From assembly GCA_964016885.1 (NCBI GenBank), contig OZ024748.1, positions 18,476,001 to 18,540,000 on the forward strand: DNA of 64,000 nt, in the 5' to 3' direction. The position numbers and the translations under genes were made by a program. Shown here piece by piece: positions 55,221 to 64,000 of this stretch. The notes below the pieces were generated by a model that was given only the letters and a program-made list of their open reading frames with translations, had not been told where the DNA came from and did not search any database. The first letter of the stretch is position 1. The number at the start of each line of letters is the position of its first letter. Source of the DNA: Eledone cirrhosa (Eukaryota).

Positions 55221-56167
55221 GCTGGAAGTTGAGAAATTTATATATATTGGCAACATAACATTCTATTTCAGACAAATACCATTGCAGAGGAAGTCCCCAG
55301 CTGGTTTAGGAAAGCTGCCAATTCATTCAATAATCTAAAGCTAAGTTTGGCCATAGAAGGATGACAGCATTCTTTACCATTATTTCCTGCTTTCTTTACC
55401 ACGGCTGCCCCCCCCCCCCATCCCCCAGCTTTCCTTCTAAATCTTGATACCATATTTCTAATGAAACATACAGTATATGATGTTCAAATAATTTTGAAAT
55501 TATCAAGAATTTGGCAGTATTTAGTTAGATAACTAACCTTCTCATTATTGAGCAGATGTTTGGAACATAATTTATGATGGATAGTTTTTTGATAATTATA
55601 TACACTTTAACCCTTTCATTACCATATTTATAATGAAAGAGACTGTTGGTGTTTGGAACATAACTTAACAAAGGTTCTTACATAGAATTATGATGGATAG
55701 TGCCAGGTTCAACCCCATTGCTTGGTGCACTGAGAAATGTGTGTGTGTGTGTAAAGTGTTAGTGCTACTATAAAATGCACCCAGTGCACTCTGTAAAGTG
55801 GGCTGCTCACTTTCACAAGGTGCAGAAAACATTTCAGAAGTGTAAAAAGGGTAAATAATCACTAGGCCCTCCAACAATGGGCAGTTTTCTGCTCCAGTGT
55901 GTATAAAATATGTTATACATACATACATATTAATTATTAAAATGACTTCTACGGGACTAGAACTTTTATATGTAATGATTTCTTATGAATGAAACAGTGC
56001 TGTAGAAGTCATTTCTTTAATAAACTAAACAGACCTAAACTCTACTAATGTATTGAGTACTTTTTTAACTGGGGTCACCCTTTGATATACATTGGGAATC
56101 CATATATATATATATATATATATATATGTAGATTCCCAATGTATATCATTTTAATAATTAATATGTA

Positions 56168-56228
<61 letters not shown>

Positions 56229-56827
56229 GTACACACTCAGTGGAGTGAAAGTCACATTAGAGGTCAGAAAAAGCAATCATACATTACAACAGTAGTATAT
56301 AGCCAACATCAATTAATGTACATATGAATGTGTGATTATATATATACACACATATATACATGCACATACACACACGAATGTGTATAAGTATTCTCCATGA
56401 AAATATGTGGAAAAGCAGTCAGCATGCGACTTATCGACTGATCTTCTTTGGTTATGGTTTGACTTGATTGGTTATAAGATTTTGAAACAAAATCTTGTTT
56501 CAAATATAAGTGGTACATTGCAAATGTATGTAAAATAGAGGTGTGATTTATACTTTTGAATACACAGTCTCTCTCAATATATATATATATATAATGTGTG
56601 TGTGTGTGTGTATATATATAAAATAAATCAAAATAAAAACATTTTGATTTCATTGTTCTGTAAAAGCTCAATGGAAGTAAGATTCGAAGAAGCACGTTCC
56701 AGAGCTCACTCATACAAGAATATAACACACGATTTCAGATAAAGAATCTTGCTAAACAAATTCAGAAACGAAATATAATTATATAATGTAAGAAATATAA
56801 CAGGTACAAAAGTAATCAGAAAATAAA

Positions 56828-56893
<66 letters not shown>

Positions 56894-57478
56894 TCATGGT
56901 TGCAAGGGTTGGACACGGACACAAACATATATAGTAATAATTGTTTCTACTTTTGGCACAAGGCCAGCAATTACCCAGTACATTACTGGTACTTTATTTT
57001 ATCGACCCCGTAAGGATGAAAGGCAAAGTTAACCTCGGCGGGATTTGAACTCAGATCATAAAGGGACGTAACTCTATGCTTCAAAGCATTGTGTCCGACT
57101 CTACCGATACTGCCAATCCACAATAAATACAAAGACCAAAATCCGAAGAAGGTTTGATAAAGATTGTATATATATATATATATATAGGTAAAATTCCGTT
57201 ATAACGAACACCATTATAACTTTGATAATTTTTTTCAATTCCCAAACGCTTGATTTGTTACTGTCGATCTCGTTATAAAGAATTTTTCGTTACAAAAATC
57301 TTTTTTTTATACCCTGTGAATTTTGTTATAACGGAATTTCACTGTATATGTAAACCTGTAGAGCAAATATAATTTGCAGAATCAGTAGAGCATCAGACAC
57401 AATGCTTTGCAAGCATAGAATTATGTCCCTTTACGTTCTTAGTTCAAATCCCACCAAAGTTAACTTTTCAATAAAATA

Positions 57479-57868
57479 GGAGGCACATGGCTTAGTGATT
57501 AGAGCATTGGGCTTGCAATCGAAAGGTTGTGAGTTCAATTCTCAGACCGGGTGATGCGTTGTTTTCTTGAGCAAGACACTTTATTTCACGTTGCTCCAGT
57601 TTACTCAGCTGTAGAAATGAGATGATAGGACTGGGATCCCTATCATTCCCCTGCAAAGTGGTCGTGGAAGTGCCACGGCAAAAAAAGCACCCAGCCCACT
57701 GTAAAGTGGACGTGTAGGTGCCACGGAAAAAAAGCACCCAGCACTCACTGTAAATGAGGTTGGTGTTAGGAAGGGCATCCAGCTGTAGAAATCAAGCCAG
57801 AATCAGTTCCCGTCCCACCCTTGCAAGCAGGGAAAAGTGGATGTAAAATGATGATGATGATGATGATG
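57479..57868 (+). mobile_element. Young composite tRNA-derived SINE (tRNA-like head, CORE-like segment, aggaagggcatccagctgtagaaa domain, (ATG)n tail)
   Basis: Head ggaggcacatggcttagtg...gtgagttcaattctc (A/B-box-like), cttgagcaagacactt, tail atgatgatg. Near-identical copies elsewhere in the window; this copy is inserted into another SINE. Confidence 0.85.
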
Positions 57869-58121
57869 AAAGCACCAGTAATGCACTGGAGTAATTGCTG
57901 GCCTTGTGCCAAAAGTAGAAACAATTATTAGTACAGTTTAATGTTTAAGCAAAGAATTTATGCTTTCACTCTATATGGGATCTTCTAAATATATATATAT
58001 ATATATATATATTAGAAAGTGAGGTTTTTTTTAATAAAATGAAAAATAACCGAGGTGTCCTACACGAGTGAAAGTATAAGGAAAAAAGATGAAATCGAAA
58101 ATTTTTGATTTCATCTTTTTT

Positions 58122-58152
<31 letters not shown>

Positions 58153-60524
58153 GATATAGATATGGCCTGGGCCAATACTGGCCAAAACCTATCAAAGTTA
58201 TATATCAGAGTTGAACTGGTTGATAACAAGTGACTTAATATGAGACTGAATGTTGAAACTGAAATAATTATACCATGGAAGAGGCATTTTAGTCATTTAA
58301 GAAACAGAAAAACATATATATTGATAATTGACAATGCACATGTAGGACAATATATTTTGAAGAGAGAGATTGATGATAATTCTAACTCATCTCTTACTGA
58401 ATTTCTAATGAAAGAAATGGTCTGTAATTTTCATTAAATTCTTCTTTTAACAATCAAGGTTTTAGGGGGGTGATTTACTAATGAAACTAACTTTCTCATT
58501 ATTAAGCTAGTGTTTGGAACACAACAGCTTCTTACATGAAACTTATGATGGAAGGTTTTTACATAAATATAAATACTTTCAATAATATATCAGAACAAGT
58601 GGTGATTTAACCCTTTAGCATTCACATTACTCTATATATACTATTATATTTTCATGCTAAAGGCTTTACCTCGCATAATTATCTCACATAATATCGAATC
58701 TATGAGATTTTGAAAGTATTTATTTTGAGAACAATACCTTAACATCAGTTTGAGTGACCAGTTACAACCAGTTTCAACAGAAAGAAGTAGAGAATTCTGG
58801 TCAGTTTTGGCCAGTTTGAACATTAAAGGGTTAAGACATTAAAACACAAGTAAACCTAATATTTTTGGGTACATTATTAACCCTTTTCTGACCAAATTTA
58901 TAATGAAATATGTTCCATTTCAATTAATGAAGAATTTGGAGGAAATTATTAAATTATTAATAATTTCCTTACCATAGGTTAAATAGCTAAATTTCTTCCG
59001 GAATGTTTTCCATATATATATATCATTATGATTGCCATTATCTTTTGTCTGATTTCTATGCTACGATGGCTTAGATGGTTTGTTACAGACCGATTTATGT
59101 TTGGAGGACTCGCTTATACATTCTATTTCAGGCAGGTTTTTCTCTCATCATTATCATCATCATCCTTGTTTTTATGTCTGCTTTTTGTGCTTGGAAAATA
59201 TATAAATACCAATATGATTGGGGCCTCCTTAAAAGCTCTGAGAAACCTCCTGAGATATAACCGCACAGGAAGCCAGCAAAATCTGCATAGATGTGAGCTG
59301 TAACCCCCCCCCCCCACACTTCATAAATCACGCACATTAACAAGTGGAATCGTCTCTACATAAAAGCGTGTGTGAAACATACATATAGGAATAAAATCCT
59401 ATCGTTGACTATATATATATATATATATGCACACCTAGAGCAGTCCTTTATACAATTGCAGTATATGTGGGTGTAAATATAAATATATATATATCAAACA
59501 TATTTATATGAAAATCAATGTAATATTCACATAAAAAAGGCAGGGAGAAGAGAAGGCAAGCAACCGTATCTGTTGCTAGCATGGATGTAAGTTTGTTGGT
59601 TTTTATGAATGGTTGCACCATCAAGTAATTATCCACTATAAATAGATGTAGTTGTAGCTATTTCTTCAGCTAGGGTAGTCTGTTGGATTGTAACAATGTA
59701 CACTGCAGTTTAGGTGGGACAATAAATAGCTTATGTTAGATTAACATTAACAACCTCAATATCTCTCTGGTCGGTCTTTGAAGGCCATAGGCCACTGCTC
59801 CTTGTCATCCAGACCATCAAAGTAATAAAGGAACTCTGACATCCCATTTTCTAAGCACTGTAGGAATATCTGTTAAAGATGATGGGGGAGGAAGAAAATG
59901 AAAACCAGGGATGGAACAGGTGAACAGGGATGCTACCTATAGGGCAAATGGAGATGGTCACAGGCCTTAAAACACCTATTGTTGTTGTTTTTTTAAAGTG
60001 AGAGAGAGAGGGATATATATATATAGTGAGTGTGAAAGAGAGAGCAGACCATTACTACATCACTTCAGTAGCCATCACTAGTTCTCTCACTCACACTCCC
60101 TCTCAAGTCCACATAACTAACCAATTGATAATTACATTAATTACTCTGCACTAGCTAGATTAGGAATGGGGGAACCTTTTTATGTTGGACGGCCACATGG
60201 AAACTAATTGACATTCAACAGGGACACATTTGGGGTGTGTGTGTGTATATATATATATATGGTATGGTCCCGTAACACCTTTTAGAGTTGTAGGGGCGAC
60301 ATATTGACATACAGTGTTTCTTGGGCATTTTAAAGCCCGGTGGAGCCTATCCCTCTCCAAGTGTGAATACAATAAATTTCTTCCAGATAATTATAGAGAG
60401 TGGCTGAAAGAATGGAAATGAGATAGAAATATAAAGAAAGAATCAAACCCAGTATTAGACTGGTACTTTTTTTTATTGACCTCGAACAGATGAAGGGCAA
60501 AGTTGATCTCTCTCTCTCTTTGTA

Positions 60525-60581
<57 letters not shown>

Positions 60582-61700
60582 AGAGAGAGAGATCTTCTCA
60601 TTAGATCTGAGTTATTTTACAAAATATAATTATTTATAAAAAAAAACTAACAAAAAAAAAAAAGAAAAGAAAATGGGTTTTAATTAGTTGAAAAGATTGA
60701 CGTTAATTAAAATTAAATCAGCAAAAATATATTTGAATATGAAAGGTTGCATTTGAACATAGTTGTTTCTTTCAGAAGACCATATACAGCCAACCCCATG
60801 GCTACACATGTCCCTCAACCCTATGACTATAAATGCCCCCCTCCCCTAACCCTCTCAGTTAAATAATGTGACAAACACCTTTCTAGTTTATTTACATACT
60901 TATATAATAGTGTCTAGGGGATAGAAATATCATACTTAGTTTACCCACAGCACCACCACCTTCAGCTACAAATAAATATCTCACCCCTACCTCATGATTG
61001 GCGTGTAACACTACTAGTATTACTACTATTACTACTACTGTACACAAACCAAGGAACATTTTACTTGATGTGCTAAAAATAATAGCCAAATATCCTTCAA
61101 ACTATATCCTACTGACCTCTGAAAAATAAAAGTTCCATCTGATACAATATCTGAAAATGAGATGATATGGCCATGTCTGGAACACATTTGACCATAGATC
61201 TGTTTGACCAGCACAGACGTGTATAGGACTGAATGACCATTGTATATGAGGACATCATTGAGAAGAGACAAGATAAAACAAAAGGCTCGGGTGGGGGCCT
61301 TATATAGACACCCAGACTTGTTAAAAATAAATTTCCATCAAACCACACCCTGTAGCTACCTTGGATAAAGGAAGGAAGGGCATTTTCGATAATGTAGTTG
61401 TAGGTGAGAGAAAGGAAAAGATGGACAGAAGGTGAGGTTAGAGAGAGATATAGAGATAGATAGAGACAAACAAACAGGTTGGTCATGGCTGGAATGTCTT
61501 TAAACCCACCATATGCCATAGGTATGTATACTTAGGGCTGATATGATATGGGAAGAAGTGGGATGCAGCTAAAACAAAGACTGTAAGACTGTTACATAAA
61601 TATCCATAAACACATTTACATTCAAGCCCAGCAGACATATAGAGATGGAAAAACTATATAAATTTCCACAACCATTCCATCTTTACAAAACTCCAAATAA

Positions 61701-61754
<54 letters not shown>

Positions 61755-64000
61755 AAAGAAAAAGGAAAGGAAAGACAGACAGAAAGCATGAAAAATTTCT
61801 TTCTTACAGCAATACAAAACTGCTGTTTAAATATACAAGACAATCCATAATTTTCATAACATAAATGTCAATATACATATATACATATGTATATATGTAT
61901 GTGTGTATATATATATATATTCATATACACGCACATGTATATATATACACACATACGTAAATATATATATATATATATTCACACACATATATATATATGT
62001 GTATATGTGTGTATATATACACACACATACATACACAGTCACACACACACAAAAGACAGTATTTCTTTCCTACCTCATCATTGAATATTTTCATTAACGG
62101 TTTTACTTATTAATATTATTATTACTGCCTTTGCTTTACTTTACATGTAATCTCTGCTGCTGCTATAGAATTTATAATGGAAGTAAAAACGGTAAACCAC
62201 GGAACCGATAATGATGTAGCAGTAATAACAGTAGTACTAGTTGCAGTAGTGGTAGTAGTGTTGGTGGTGGAGATGGTAATAGTAGTAGTAGTGTTGGTGG
62301 CGGAGGTGGTAGTAGTAGTGGTGATGAAGGTGGTAGTAGTAGTAGTGGTGGTGGTGGAGATAATAGTAGTAGTGGTGATGAAAATAGTACTACTGGTGGT
62401 AGCAACAATAGCAGTAGTAGCAGTAGCAGTACTAGTACCATAGCAGAAATTGGTTATCTCCCTTGTTTTTCTTACAGATATTGGGACTAGTCCAAGACAG
62501 ACATACTCTCGCTCTTTCTCTCTCTCTAGCTATACTCCTCTCCCTATCTATCTCACCAATATAACTGATACGGCCAATGCAATGTAAAAAGAATGGTAAT
62601 CATTTCTCCAACATGTATGTGGTGCCGTCAGCAATTATCGGTCGGCTTTTGATGGCACAGATGTCTGGCACCAGCGGATAACTTGCCATCAATCAAGAGT
62701 GACAACATCAGCAACAACAACAACAACCATAAACGCCACCACCACCATCATCGTTTTTATGTCCACCTTTTCCAAGCTGGCATGGGTTGGACAGATATTT
62801 CTGAGGCTGTATTCCAGATAGGACTGGATGCCCCTCCTCATGACAACCCTTTCATTACCATATTCCCTCAAATAAAAGACACTGCTTGTGATTTTCAAAT
62901 AATTTTCTAAATCAAGTTTTTAGAGGAATTTAGTTACATAACTAACTTTCTTCTTATCTGGTGCTTGAAACAAAAAGATACATAGAATTATGATGGAAGG
63001 GTTTTATGTTAAATTAAAACATTTTAACCCTTTTATTATCATATTTCTAACAAAAAGCACTGCCGGTTTCCAAATAATCTTGAAAATAATCAAGAATTTA
63101 GAAATTTAGGGATTTAGTAATATGACTAACATTCTCATTATTAAGACGGTGCTTGGAACATAACTTAACCCATTAGCATTTAAACCAGCCATATCCGGCC
63201 AAAATTCTCTCATCTTTCTGTTCAAACCAGCCATAACCGACCACTCATACATACGTTAAGGTATTGTTCTCAAAATAAATAATATCAAAATCTCATAGAT
63301 TCGATATTATGTGGGATAAAGACTTTACCACGAAAATACACTAGTATATATAGAGTAATGTAAATGCTAAAGGATTGATGAAGATTCTTGCATAAAATTA
63401 TGATAGTTTTTTTAATTTTAAATAAATACTTTTGTACTGTATAGTATATCTCATAGGTTTCTCAGGTGTTTTAATGATCAGGGGCCACCTGTCATATCCT
63501 AAGGTAAATAATTGTTTCTACTATTGGCACAAGACCAGCAATTACTGGTACTTTATTTTATCGACCCCGTAAGGATGAAAGGCAAAGTTAACCTCGGCGG
63601 GATTTGAACTCAGAATGGCAAGGGTAAATAATGAAGGGCAATGAATGTGAAGTTAAATTACATGGTCACAAGTTCAAATCTTACCACAGCAAACTGAACA
63701 CTGCTCCTCCCCACTACACCTCTCAGCAAAGTTGATAACCTTGCTCACTCCAATCTATATATAACTGATAAAAGACAGTGAGGGTGGGGGGGGGGGGGGG
63801 AGAAGAAGTAAGATGGTGCCGGTAGTGGGTTTGCTTTGGTGAAAACTATACAATATAGTTTGTGAGGTGGTGGTGTGTTGTGGGGAGAAGTGGGAGGAAT
63901 ATGTTTGTGAGGTGGTTTTGGTGAAGAGAGAGGGATATGGTTGTGAGGTGGTAGTGAAGAGGGAGGGTTATGGTTGTGAGGTGGTGGTGGTGAAGAGGGA

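Noticed and set aside
61035-61519. 78-136 aa minus-strand ORFs as a possible second gene
   Set aside because: No recognisable domain; overlaps dispersed repeat relics and GA-rich low-complexity sequence.

Overview
AT-rich, repeat-dense animal genomic DNA. The SINE, LINE and MITE families and the microsatellite load suggest a coleoid cephalopod, probably an octopus (inference). The only clear protein-coding gene is a c-Jun N-terminal kinase (JNK/MAPK8-10/bsk-type, TPY activation motif) on the minus strand. Nine coding exons lie between 42319 and 14447, with splice phases that all join in frame (417 codons + 1 nt from ATG 42312). The intron after exon 6 is a U12-type (minor spliceosome) intron. 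The terminal exon(s) and the first/5'-UTR exon cannot be fixed from sequence alone; candidates lie at about 7403, 6565, 2747 and 62603. The rest is intronic or flanking DNA: tRNA-derived SINEs, RTE and RLE-type LINE fragments, piggyBac- and Tc1/mariner-type MITEs, minisatellites (at least one amplified from inside an RTE ORF), and a set of short (TA)n-embedded fold-back elements. Those elements share an (A/G)CTCAAT motif and several carry hammerhead-ribozyme-like core remnants (Penelope/retrozyme-like). Almost all ORFs in the supplied track are repeat-derived artefacts. Repeat boundaries were read by eye and are approximate.
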